Shown here: positions 14,191-26,300 of the stretch, one piece after another
Layout of the letters: every line of letters starts with the position of its first letter
Position numbering within the stretch: the first letter of the stretch is position 1
Notes under the pieces: generated by a model
Seen by the model: only the letters and a program-made list of their open reading frames with translations
The model's database searches: none
What the model was told of the DNA's origin: nothing
Made by a program: the position numbers and the translations under genes
Origin: Vicugna vicugna
Taxonomy: Eukaryota
Direction of reading: 5' to 3'
DNA length: 64,000 bases
NCBI GenBank assembly: GCA_013265495.1
Contig: MU058658.1
Location: 495,059-559,058, forward strand

Positions 14191-14896
14191 TGTAGTAAAA
14201 TAAAAAAGTAAATATTTGGTGTTTGTCCCCAGTGTCTGGCGGGGAATCTTCTAAAACCCTTGAAATTTCCTGAGTGATGAAAGTGGCTTTGGTATGATAA
14301 TGAAATGACTCAAGGTGGAGGGCAATAAAGAGCTTCAGGATGGGTGCTGGTCGCCAGACCTTAGAGCCTTAGAACTTTTAAGCCCGCCCCTGACATCTGA
14401 GGAGATGGAGTTCAGTCACCAGTGGCCAGTGATTTAGTCAACCAGGCCCATGTCATGTAAGGGCATCTTCATAAAAACCCCTTAACAATAGGGATTGGGG
14501 ATTTTCTGTGTTGGTAAACACGTCCAGCCAGGAAGTGGGCTGAACCCACTGCACTGGGTTAGAGGCTCCTACACTTGGGTACTTCTGGACCACACTTCTT
14601 TATCTGGCTGTTGACTTGTGTCCTTTAAAATAAATTAATTCTAAGTGTAGCATTTTCCTGAATTCTATGAGTCATTCTATCAAATTACCAAACCAGATTT
14701 GTAGTTGACCTGGCAGAAGTGGGGGTAGCCTTGGGGCCCATTTTGTGGCTGGGACTAAATCCTTAGCCTGGGGGGTCTGCACTAACTCTGAGTAGTTAGT
14801 GTCAGAACTGAACTGAATTGTAGGACACCCAGTTGGTGTTGGAGGATCGGTGAATTGGTGCTGGAATGATGTATTTGGTGTCAGTAAAAGCCACAC
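14191..14896 (+). mobile_element. MER21-like solo LTR
   Basis: TG...CA; MER21-like text GTGTCAGAACTGAACTGAATTGTAGGACACCCAG; AATAAA at ~14629. Confidence 0.75.
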
Positions 14897-15429
14897 AATG
14901 CCCAAGGCCTTCTAGGAAAGGCTGCTGGCATCGTGGTCCTAATAAGTGGCCTGAGTGCCAGCATTCTTGTAGGCCCAAAGACCACCCAAGAGGGCACAGC
15001 TGTGACAGCCTACCATTCTTCTGCAAGTGCAGTATCTAGAACATAATTTCTCCCAGTTACAGTGAGGGAAATCAGCAGCGCTCAAATGATGCAACATGAC
15101 GTGAAGCCTGATTATCCAAAATGCATTAGGAAAATACAAAGTGCTTAATCTTTCTCTGGCTGTGAAATTATTGTGACATTCTTAAATTAAACCAGTTTAG
15201 GGTATTGGGGGAGGAGGGGAAAAAGTTTAAAAGATCTTCATATCAATCAGTACCATTAAACTTGGAGTTAAACTTTAGAGTAGTCTGTGCATGGAAATTT
15301 TACTGAGGACATTGATGGTGACTTCCTCATTGCATAATGTCCACCTACATTTTATCAGCCCAAAGAACCTCTGCTGCAGTCTCCATGTTACATTTGCTCA
15401 GCCACCATCTCTTACAAAGAGCCTCACTA

Positions 15430-15874
15430 TAGACATACCTCAGATGTTTTGCGTTCAGTTCTAGACCACTGCAATAAAGTAAATATTGCAGTAAAGCAAG
15501 TCACATGAATTTGTTAGTCTCCCAGTGCCTATGAAAATTATGTTTACACTATCTTGTAGGCTGTTAAGTGTGCAATAAATAGCATTATGTCTTTAAAAAA
15601 TTTATATACTTTAATTAAAAAACACTTTGATGCTAAAAAAATGCTAACCATCATCTGAGCCTTCAGTGAGTCATAATTTTTTTGCATAACAAATATGATA
15701 ATAATGAAGAAGTTTGAAATGTTGGGAGAATTACTGAAATGTGACACAGACATTAAGTGAGCAAACGCCATTAGAAAAATGTACTGATAGACTTGCACGA
15801 GGCAGGGTTGCCACAAATCTTCAATTTGTGAGAAACACACTATCTGCAGAGCACAGTAAAATGAGGTATGCCTA
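15430..15874. mobile_element. Internally deleted Tigger1 DNA transposon
   Basis: TIRs TAGACATACCTC.../...GAGGTATGCCTA, TA target duplication, and Tigger1-like GACCACTGCAATAAAG. Confidence 0.88.
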
Positions 15875-18194
15875 TAGTTCCCTTTTGTTTCAAAGGAATA
15901 CATATTGCAAAGGTGAGTTGCAGTTCTAAGATTTTTTAAACTCTAAAGAGTTGTAGTTTTAAGATTTTGTTTTTAATCTGTAAGTTTTGTTTTGTTTTGC
16001 TTTGTTTTCACCCTAAATCTGCATTCTTTGAATCACATCCAGACTGCTAAGGGCTTCTTAAATCTTATTTTTGCTTTGTACGCTTACCCCACTTCAATTA
16101 TTATGGACCCAGTAGTATCTTCATGGCGGGTCATAGACTATTTGCAGTAAAGTACATAATTCTTATTTATGATTCTAGTGGGAACTGCCCTTCCAGCACA
16201 ATCACTAGACCCCAGCAGTTAGGGGAGTGTGCTTGCACCCTGCCCCAGTAACCCTTGGTCCGTGCTTACAGTGTGGAGCATAAGATGACTACAGATACAG
16301 GGAAGGCCGGATCCATCGCTGGGCTCACAAATATGTTGTCTACTCTTTAGAGCTACATAATTCCTGAGCTCACCAATCACTGCTCTAACGTTCCACTGCT
16401 TCTGTTGGCTGAAAAGACTCCACACTTTGATTACTTCGTAGTCTTACTAACTGCCACCACCTTCAAACCTTCTGTCACTTAGGGAATGTCCAGATAACCT
16501 AGGACCTCTTCTAGTCTGGTTGTCCTACTGTTTATGTTCGGTCCATCTGCTCAAAGGGACGTCATTACTGACCTATCACTTAAAGGCTTCCGAATCCTGG
16601 TCAAGGACGTCACCCAAATCCTCCGGCTGGCCTTCATGCCAGCACCACCTTCCCCTCTTTGCTGCTTGCGTGTCAAGCTTGGTGTTCCTAGCTCAGCAGA
16701 TCCACCAGACACTTCAAGAATCTTAAGACGTTTGTTGTTTTGTTATTTTATAAAGTTTGTTATTTTATAAAGTTCCCCCAGGATTACTTCTGTCTATATT
16801 AATATTCTGCTGACTTTATAACAGAGAAAAGAAAATCATTTGATTTCACTTGACAACACCCTCTGCCTTTCACATCCAAAACAAATCTCTTCTTGTGTTA
16901 AACTGGAAGCGATGCCTCCCCTCGGTTTGGGGCCAATGCTCCCATTAATGGCACCTCAGGGTGACTTTCCCCTGTGTCAGCATTTGGGGGGTTTTGTTCT
17001 TGGCTTATCAAATCTTTTCACTGATAAATCCCCCATCACTTATCCTTTTCATCTCTTTTACAAATAACATCAAAAAAACTTGTGTCCTTCATAAAATAAC
17101 TACCCTTCACACTATGATCTAGTACATTTTCTGTTCTACCATTTTTTCCTCTCACCCTTTATGGCTAAAGCTTTATGAGCATTTTCTCTTTTTGTTTCTA
17201 TTACCTAAACTCCTATGTGGTTCTCACTCATTCAAATGAGAGGTTTTATCTTCTCAACTCCATCATGATTAATGAATTTCTAAACACAATAGTGTCATCC
17301 AAGATTTTTGTTCAAGTTCTTTCAGCAGCTTTTCACACTGTTGATTTTTTTGTAATTCTTAAATGAATATGCTAGCATTGTTTTTTTTTAATGCATTCCC
17401 TTAATTTTGTAATAAACAAGAGCTCAGTCAGCAGGTATTTCTCTCTTCACAGTCTGTACACATTCTATTGGTAGTCTTGTACAGTGGCCTGGTTGTAAAT
17501 ATTAACAAGCTCAAAACTTCCAAATGTGTATCTCCATCCAAAAATCAAGTGATTATCTATTTACTTGCAATTTATTCCTGGACATCTAGTGGATATCACA
17601 GATTCAACACCTTCAAACTTCTCAGCTTTCACTTAAAAAGTTTTTTTTATATAAGTTTTATTTTTTTAGAGCAGTTTTAGGCCAGAGACACAGCCCAGCC
17701 TTGAGCTAATCCTCCTCCTTTCACTTCATACATCTTAATGTCTTTGTCTCATCTGTCATTTCCACCTGATACTTTTCAGACTACTTAACCTTGTTTTCCC
17801 CAGGCTGTTCCTGCTTCTCTTTCTGAACAAATTAATTAACCATACTGATAACTTCTAGTAATTTGTACATTTTATAATTTTTTTCAGAGATAATCTCAAC
17901 TCCCCATGCAGACGCTGTCACTGCAGTTACAGGTGAAATAATTACTCCCCAGCAGGCGATGAGCTCATGGTGTCTCAGACCTTTGTCTCAGGGGGTGTCC
18001 CTTTTGCACACATGCTCCAAATGTGACCACAGTACCTGTTCTCCCAGCAGGAGGTGACATTTGTGTTTGGTAAGTGGAACTGCCTTTTAGATAAACAGAT
18101 GAATTCTTAGAGAAATATGATACTGCTTAGAAAACATTTTAAGGAATATTGTGTGTGAATATAATCGTGTTTTCCTGGAGTGAGAACGTGGAGA

Positions 18195-18318
18195 CCAGTG
18201 TATAAGGAGGGATCTTTTCTGAGAGTTCCCAGGAAGTCAAACCCCCAACATTCCTGTCCTTGGGCTGTCCCTTTTATTTCTTGGGAACTCTCAGAAAATA
18301 TCTCTCTTTATATATTGG
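18195..18318 (+). repeat. 41-bp-arm inverted repeat (hairpin)
   Basis: 18195-18235 versus the reverse complement of 18278-18318: 35/41 identical. Confidence 0.9.
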
Positions 18319-19669
18319 TAACTCTCTGAAATTCTGGGTTTAGGGAGCAGGGATCATCAGGTAATAATACTGCATTAAAATCTACATGTAACTCTGACAT
18401 TTAACTAGATGTAAAGATCCTTAGAAATTCCCTGAACTTCAGCAGCTGCTTTGAATCTGTTGTGGTTTCTAAAGTCATGACCCCGACTTGACTTTAGAAG
18501 CAGTAATAACTTGGTCTATTCTGACCACTGAGATCCCAGTCAGAGGAGCTGTTGATAGGGATTATTCTGTCACTTTGCCAGGAAGGAAAATGTGCCCAGT
18601 GTAATTCCTAGTTGTGCCTCCAGAGACAGCAATTTGATCAAAGAAATGAGATGGGGTTTTATTTTTGCATGAATGTCTGCGTTTCTTAAAGGTGATATGG
18701 GACCAGAATTGACAAAACGTTTGTGTCTACGTTATTTACCCAAGTTCTGTTGTTCTTACTCCTGCTTAATTGAAATATCAGATTATTATTAAATTCAATT
18801 TTATGATTTATCTTTGTTATGATAATGATTCACGGGCAGCCCTCCTATGTCTTCCTCTCATTTGGATTTGTTAATCCGTTTCTAAAGTTTATTTTTAAAA
18901 ATTTTACCAGTGATTTCTTAAATTTTTAATGTTGTGATCCATTATCATTTCTTTTCTTAATTAATCTGTACTTTACTAAGATTCCAATGTTTCCCAAACT
19001 TTAATTCCATTTATATATTTATTATAATTTGATCCATTATTGCCTATTAATATAAACAAGTGAAAGATCATTATAAAAATGAGGACAGTTCTTATTTGAT
19101 GAATACTGATTTAATTTTCTGGAAAACATCTACCATTCAGATACTTAATAAAAAATTACTAAGTAAGTGTGGATAATGGAACTGAAGATTTTTACAATTA
19201 ATAATAATATTTTATAAATCTAGAAAAATCCTACTCTTACACCATTGTAAAGATTTTCAAATCAAGAAACCATATTTTATGTTTGTCTCAACAAAGTTAG
19301 ATGAGATTCCAGTGAGAATATTTATTATGCAAAGTGAGGATGTGAACCTGAATTAAATATCTGGCAAATGAGTGTATTTTTACATATAAAATGATTTCTT
19401 TTAAATTTATTATGTGTTTGCATGATAATTTCTGAAACAAACCTCATTTTATATTTATGTTATATGTTGTATTTTTCTCTTGAGAAATGTTTAACTTTCA
19501 GTGTTAAAATGTATGATCATTTATCTTATTAATAAGGGAGGACACATAGAATATTAGTCTCTCCTTTCTACTGTGTGAAATATCTTCTGTTGTGCTTCAT
19601 CTTTATATTTTAATTTTTTCGTGCCTTTTAACATACATAAATTGTACATTTTCACCTACTCCATTAAGT

Positions 19670-20066
19670 TTTAATTGAAGTATAGTCAGTTACAATGTGT
19701 CAGTTATAATGTGTCAATTTCTGGTGTGCAGCACAATGTCATACATATACATACATATATTTGTTTTCATATTTTTCATCATAGGTTACTGTAAGATATT
19801 GAATATAGTTCTCTGCGCTTTACAGAAAAAAAGATTTTAATCTGTTTTTATATATAGTGGTTAATATTTGCAAATCTCGAACTCCCAGTTTATCCATTCC
19901 CACCCCGTTTACCCTGGTAACCATAAGATTGTTTACTAAGTCTGTTCCTGTTTTGGAGATGAGTTCATTAGTGTCTTTTTGTTTCTTTTTTTAGATCCCA
20001 CGTAGAATGATATCATATGGTATTCTTCTTTCTGTTTCTGCCTTACTTCACTTAAAATGACGATCT
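19670..20066 (-). mobile_element. L1 3' end
   Basis: Same 3'UTR as the L1 at 10270; TSD CCATTAAGTTTTAATT/CCAGTAAGTTTAAATT. Confidence 0.9.
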
Positions 20067-21243
20067 TCCAGTAAGTTTAAATTACTGTATGGCTTCTATT
20101 TTATACGTTGCTTACTAAGTACTTATCACAAGTCATGTTTTAAAAATATATATACAGTCCTATACAGTTTATCTGTTAGATTTAGATTTTTGTAGTTATA
20201 GACATATTTTTCTTTTTTAAATATTGAAACACTTAAAAACATGTATGTAAATGTTTTTATTTGTCTAAATGTCATGTAATAGAAATTTAACTTTAGTTTT
20301 TCAAGTAAGTGTACCAGTATTTTAATAATTTATATTGACTTTTCTTTTCCAACTAATTTTAAAATTCATTTTTACTCACACTGTTTCTGTTTTTTCATAG
20401 CTATAAATCTTTATCTGTCTGCTTTATGTACAAAAATATCTATCCAATTTTATATTTCTGTTTATCTGCCTACCTCCCTGCATATCAATGCTTTAAAACA
20501 TTTTGTAGACTCTTCATAATCTGTTTCATAGCATCAGTTTTACTGTCTAATTATTGATCAAAAACCAAGCTGTAATTGCATTTTTCAATAACTGATAGAC
20601 TTAATTCTCCCCTTAAACTCAGTTTCATTTATTTCTCTTTTTCACTATCCCAGGAAACTTGTTAATATTATTTGATTACAAATTGCATTATTTAAGCATA
20701 CTTTGATTTTTTAATGAATTTATTTACAATATTAAAGCTTCCCATGTGAGACCATAAAGCTTATCTCTCCTTTATTTAGATCTTTTTTTTAAAAGTCATC
20801 CATTTTCTTTTAATGTTTCTTTTACATTTCTTTAATTTTATGGTTGAATAGCACAACTAAGTATCTTTCATAACATTTTCCCTCATTTTTAAATACAACA
20901 TTGTAGAGAAGAATATTGTACATTACTAATTTTTAAACATAGTATATCTGTATATTCTAAATACTTATTAGCATTAATAAGAATTTATTTTATTCATTAT
21001 ATTCAGCCACTATGCACCTGCATTTCTCTCTGAATGGTTACTTGTGGTTTTGTGATTTCCGTAAATAAACCCAGGATAATATTTCACCTTACTGATGGAC
21101 CATGCCTGAAATGTATTGAACAAAAAGTGGTGGTGTGTGTGCAGCATTGTGATCTCATTTCTGAACAATTTTGAAGTGGTACTAATATTTAACCACTGCA
21201 ATACAAATATAAAAAAGAAAAGGCGAAACTACCAGTACCCAGT

Positions 21244-21625
21244 TGTCAGCCCAGGGAGGCTGACGTGGGGTTCTAGGAGGTGAGCGGCCCAAACGAACAA
21301 ATGCACGAGGAGTTGCCATACCGCCAGACAGACTTCAGCCGGAGACACCACGGGGTTAACAGCACTTTATTGCCACAGGGAGGTGCGCGCCTGTGATGCA
21401 CCTGTCCTGCTTTGTATCTGTTCTCGGCCGGCACGTGTGCAACGTGAATTTCTTTGTTCATTAGGTTTACAGAGCATCTCAAGCGCATGCATACTTCTAC
21501 TTTCTTTGTTTTAAGTCTTATATAATTGACGCATGCGTACAGCAATTGTTCACTGCATACTAGAAACATACTCTGATCGTGGCCTTGGGTCCCATGGCCT
21601 TAACTCATCCCAAGGCCAGCTCACA
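21244..21625 (-). mobile_element. Solo LTR with 5-bp TSD (class III/ERVL-type)
   Basis: TG...CA ends; perfect TSD CCAGT (21239-21243 and 21626-21630); AATAAA on minus; same family as 37609-37992. Confidence 0.92.
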
Positions 21626-22519
21626 CCAGTGATTTTGGAAGAGGTCAGAGTTGAACATGAGTTAGTGTCCTCTTTATATACTGCACCTTTCTTCATTGCT
21701 GAGGCTCTTGCTTGGGAGCCAAGATGCTACTCAACAGTAGGTCTCTTGTCTGCCTGGTAGTATTTTAACTGGAACCTTGTTTTTATGAAAATTGAGACTA
21801 TTGCAGAAACCACCTGGGTTTGCTGATATTACAATATAAGTACAAACTTGGCTGCAGCTGGGAAACACCAACCTCCTCGATGGGGTCTTGCGTTCCCTAC
21901 TTTGCAAGTCTACTACATCGCTGGCTATTTTTCCCCTCTCCTGAAATGAAGGCATTTAGATTGTTGGTGCTGGCTTAGGAAGATGGTGAGAAAGAAGTAA
22001 TACAAAGAGATTTCAGTGAACTCCAGTCTGAAAATAAAGGGTAAGCATGCCAAATAAGGAAGTATGTAGTACGCAGGGAACAAGGTAACAAAGTCACAGC
22101 AAGCAGAGAACAAACTCAGTGTTTCTCAATTACTGGAACAAAGTTTCCAACTTCAATACAGATCTTTTGAAACATCTGCAAAAGAGAAGAGGGTGGACCA
22201 CCCATGGACTCATCACAGCTACAACATAAACAACCCAGGGCCAACTCAGTTCATCTTCCTTCCAGCCAGTTCACAGGTTCTTGTATTGCCCTCTGGACCT
22301 CTTCATCCGCCCATTGTGACATTCATCACGGACCTGCTATGTGATCCTACAGTAAGGAATGATTATTGTTTCAGTTTAGGTTATGTCCCACTTCTGTTTC
22401 CTATTTCTCATATTAGGTGGAAACTTGTAGAGAAATGCATTATTTTACTACTTTTTTAAATGAAAAAAATACTGTAAACTAAGCTAAAAGAGTGGTAAAC
22501 TACAAAGTGTACTAAAATA

Positions 22520-23230
22520 AAATATTTCCTGCATGACATTGGATGTAAACTTGTCTTCTGTTTACAGAGAGTGGCCAGAGGGGTTCCCCTTAGCACCATC
22601 TGCCTTCTCAGTCTCTTCCAGGCCATTAAGCTCAACCCCAAAACCTCTAAGTGGAGAGAGCTCAAGATTAGATTCCCAGTGTGCACTGGCTTCTGCTGTT
22701 TTCTCTGCTGGATCCTGCATCTCCTGTTAAACATCATTAACGCCATGAATGTTACTTCACCAAGGAAGAGCACAAACATGAGTATGCGGGGAAGTTATGG
22801 CTATGGTAATTCACCCGTACCAAACAAATCTGTAGTCCCACTGCATGCATCTGTGTTCGTTTTCATTGATGTTACGTGTTTGGGCCTCGTGGCCTGGGCA
22901 GGTGACTCCATGGTCCTTGTCCTGCACGGGCACAAGCAGTGAGTCCAGCACCTTCACAGCAATAGCCTCTCCCCCAGACCTTCGCGTGAAGCCAGAGCCA
23001 CACGCATCATCCTGATCCTGGTGCATCTTCTTTTCTCTTCTCTCCTCCATTTTGTGTTTTTTGGTAACACTGATTGTAAACCCAAGCCACTCACTTAGGA
23101 ACACCTCTGCAGTACTGTCTTCCAGATTCCCAACATTCAGCCCCTTCTGCTCTTTGGCATCAATACCAGTGACTCTCACTTCCACTCTGCCTTCTGCTGA
23201 AAAGAGTAATTTTCCCAAGTGTGGTCTCTG
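22520..23230 (+). pseudogene. Vomeronasal type-1 receptor (V1R/VN1R) pseudogene, 5' part missing
   Basis: FLHDIGCKLVFCLQRVARGVPLSTICLLSLFQAI...CWIL...LHGHKQ*VQHLHSNSLSPRPSREARATRIILILV...FPTFSPF are V1R TM3-TM7 motifs. Stop at 22940-22942; no TM1-TM2 upstream. Confidence 0.92.
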
Positions 23231-23718
23231 GACAGTAAGTTCCAAGACATCCTATTATGGTTCATAGGCTTGTGTCTTATGCCAGGTAATCTGTCACCAC
23301 ATTGGGATTCAGTATGGAGTGACAGCAAAAATAAACCCTGGCTTTCCACTGCTTATAAGATTGCCGGAAATGAACATGGAGTAAATGACTCAGTGATGAC
23401 TTTCTAAAATTATATAATGCTGGTCACTGGAGAACATCAGGCAATAAAGATCATGACCTATGGGAACACTGTCAGTGTTTGGGAGTTCTGGAGTGGAAAC
23501 TCACTGTTGATTCAGACTTTGAAATGACATCCAAAAGATGTATTTGCATTATCAAAGCAGAGTAAGTGAAAGGTGTTTCACGTGCAAATAAAATGACCTG
23601 GAAATACCCTGAATTGGCAGGGCACAGGTGGACTTCAAAGAATTGGAGGAAGTTCATGGCATTTGACAAACAGTATATGGTATATAGTGTGGTGAGAAAG
23701 GAAAGTAGGTGATATCTG

Positions 23719-24373
23719 TGGGGTTTGGGGACAAGAGGCCCCATATTGAGCCAAGGGGGCTCCAGTCACAAGACATCTACCTGTGCCCTAATCACTCAAG
23801 TCAGGAAGACATAGATCAGAAAACACAAAGAACATTCCTCTCCCAACATGTAAAGTAATAGCATGGGAGCCAGCTTCTGTGGGGTCCACGGACATCTGGC
23901 AGATTCCTGCTCCAAGGCCCGTCAAGACACCTGGCTGCTGGCCCTTGAAGACAAATCAAAAACAACCCCCCCATCTTTCTTAATATATGCTTGCCTTAGC
24001 TGAGATAATGGTCATCTATACAATGCCAGGAAGCCTGGAAGCCTGACCCAGAACCGGGCATGACCCCCTACCAAAATCTCTAGCCCTACCCTTCACAACC
24101 CCTCTCTCCCCTGTTAACTCCGCATCAGTCAGAGAAATGTGCACATGTGCATCCTGCGACCCTCTTTGTGCCTGATGTCGTGTAAGAACGAGTTAAAGTT
24201 TATCCTGTCTTACAAAAGACCTCAGCAACCGGCCCCCGGCGTGCACACAGGCACCCCTGGTCTGTGTGGCCGCTGTTGTCTGTGACAGTGTACCTAATAA
24301 ACCCCTTTTCTATTTTCACCCTTTGTCTTTGGTAAGTTCTTTTCCCACTGGCCTGCCAGACCCCACGACAACA
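23719..24373 (+). mobile_element. Solo LTR (ERV1-like)
   Basis: Ends ...GACAACA; AATAAA at ~24296; TSD-like TCTG/TCTT; start uncertain. Confidence 0.6.
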
Positions 24374-24779
24374 TCTTTTTCTGGTGGGTGTTGGCAGTCA
24401 CATCAGTGATCACAGCTTTTCATAGGAGAGATCTTAGATCTCTGAGATTTGTGTCTACTTGGTGAAATAATCAAAATCGTGTATGATAAAAAAAATTCAA
24501 TTTAAATAAATTTATTGTACTTTATAGTTTACTACTTTTATGTTAGTTTGTAATATTTTTTCATTTTAAAAAAATAGTTAAATAATGCATTTCCTAATTA
24601 CTGATATTGAGGGGTCAGATCTGACAAAGGGTCTCCTTGACCAAACTTCAGTCAGGTTCCCCTGAACGCTCTTCCCGACTAGGCCTGCACTTTCGGACTT
24701 CCTTGCCCATCTTTTGTCACTAAGTCACCTTTATAAGTTAAGACCCAGGCACAAATCCAACTCCCTTCGCTGTGTAGTA

Positions 24780-25020
24780 TTACATGTCATTTCCTCACTT
24801 CCCCGTGCCCTCACCTCCTCTCCTTCCTTTCGTGCCTGTCACGTTCTAACAGTGTATATAATTCTGTATTTTTTTTTCGTATTTCTTCCTCTGTTGAGTA
24901 CAGGGTAAGCTCCCTGATGGCTGGGATCATCGTCTCGTTTTCACACTGGTTCCTCGCACTTAAGGCAGTGCCTGAAATGCAGTAGGAGTTCGCTGAATAC
25001 TTGCTAGAACGGTGAATAAG
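24780..25020 (+). mobile_element. L2 3' end
   Basis: GTAAGCTCCCTGATGGCTGGGA...CAGTGCCTGAAATGCAGTAGGAGTTCGCTGAATAC. Confidence 0.6.
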
Positions 25021-25199
25021 CATGACACTACAGTATCTCTGCTCGTCTCCGCCGTCCGTCAGCCCCTGTCCTGGCCCACAAAAGCATGTGTAATGGTTCT
25101 TTCCAGACAGGCGGCCTATCCTTGAAAGGAAATAAATACACCTCAGCTCTTAGGCTAAGAATGTCATCTGCACCAAAGAGTGCCGCTCCCTGGGTTGGA

Positions 25200-26300
25200 C
25201 GCGGTCGGTGGCCTTGACCTCCTGCCTCAAAATCACCCCACCCCAGTCCTCCCAGCCCCTGTCCGGAGCCCTTCAGGGAAAGCAGCCTCCGTCCGAGGCG
25301 AGCTCCTGCGCCCCTCGCCGCAGGGCGCCCGCACCGTGCCTTGCCCGCGCCGGGACCCGCCACTTCAGCGGGGGCTCGCGAGACCGGCTGAAAGCGTCCT
25401 TCCGTCCGTCCGTAGTTTTAAAAAGGAAGTATGCGTGGACTCGAAGTGACACCTGACGTGCGGCGTCCACCAGGTGCCGTGGCTTCGGGACTATCTGGGA
25501 GAGCGCTTCTAAGCGGCGCCACGGTCCCGGCGGAGCCTCGAGGCCCGCTTCCCAGCGCCCCTTGCGGTACCTCGGCCTCAGCCCAGGCCGCGAGGGCTCC
25601 GCGGGAACCACATTACCCAGACGCCCCTGCGCCGCGAGCGGCGGCTCCGTTAAAGGGCGCTTCCGTGCGTGCGGAGGTCGTCCGGGAGGGACTTCCGGCG
25701 TCTTCCTCGCGGCGGACATTTTGTCGGCTCTTGGTCGAGCCGTCAGAACGGACTCTCGGGAACTGGGGTTCCGTTCAGAGGTGACGGAAAGCGAGAAGAT
25801 TTGGGAGGAGACCCTGCCCCCGATTCCTAGAGCCCCAGCGGCGGCAGCGCCCGCGAGCATTCCGCCACCAGGGCCGAGCGACGGCGGTGCCCGGGTCCCG
25901 GCCTGGGCCCCCTCCCGACCCCGTGTGCCCCGACTTTGATGGCGGCGGCGGCGGCGGCGGCTGTGAGGGACCCGGCGTAGGTGGGTGCTCGTTCCCCGGA
26001 ACTCGACGCGTCCCGCCCCCGTCTCCGGGTCGTGGGCCTCCGAGTGAGCCGTGCCTGTCGAGGTCCGTGTGGCCCAGGCTCCAGGGCGTGTGTGGGTGGC
26101 GCCACCACTTCTAACAGCCAGTGTGACGAGACGTGGAAGAGTGTTACCGGCCGAGCGACTAGCACGAGCGGGGGCTTGGGGGTGCGACAGAGCGCGCAGC
26201 CTTGGGGAAACGGTGCTGGTAACGCTAGAGCAGAGCGTGTGAGTAGCTGTCATGCCTGCAGGGGCAGGGTGAGGCGAGTACCTTCGTTAGGAGGACGCCG
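25200..26300 (+). promoter_or_regulatory. ZNF134: CpG-island promoter and exon 1 of ZNF134 (donor at 25980/25981)
   Basis: CpG-dense; ZNF143-type AACCACATTACCCAGACGCCCC (25606-25627); ETS-type ACTTCCGG (~25691); YY1-like GCGGACATTTTG; exon ends ATG(GCG)6GCTGTGAGGGACCCGGCGTAG|GTGGGT. Confidence 0.85.

Noticed and set aside
22456..23245. Minus-strand ORFs of 107 and 144 aa, and 48371-48619
   Set aside because: Antisense shadows of the V1R pseudogenes.
25273..26253. 326-aa minus-strand ORF, and similar ORFs at 6339-7038 and 54940-55569
   Set aside because: Stop-poor GC-rich CpG-island sequence, low-complexity R/P/G/A composition, no recognisable domain.
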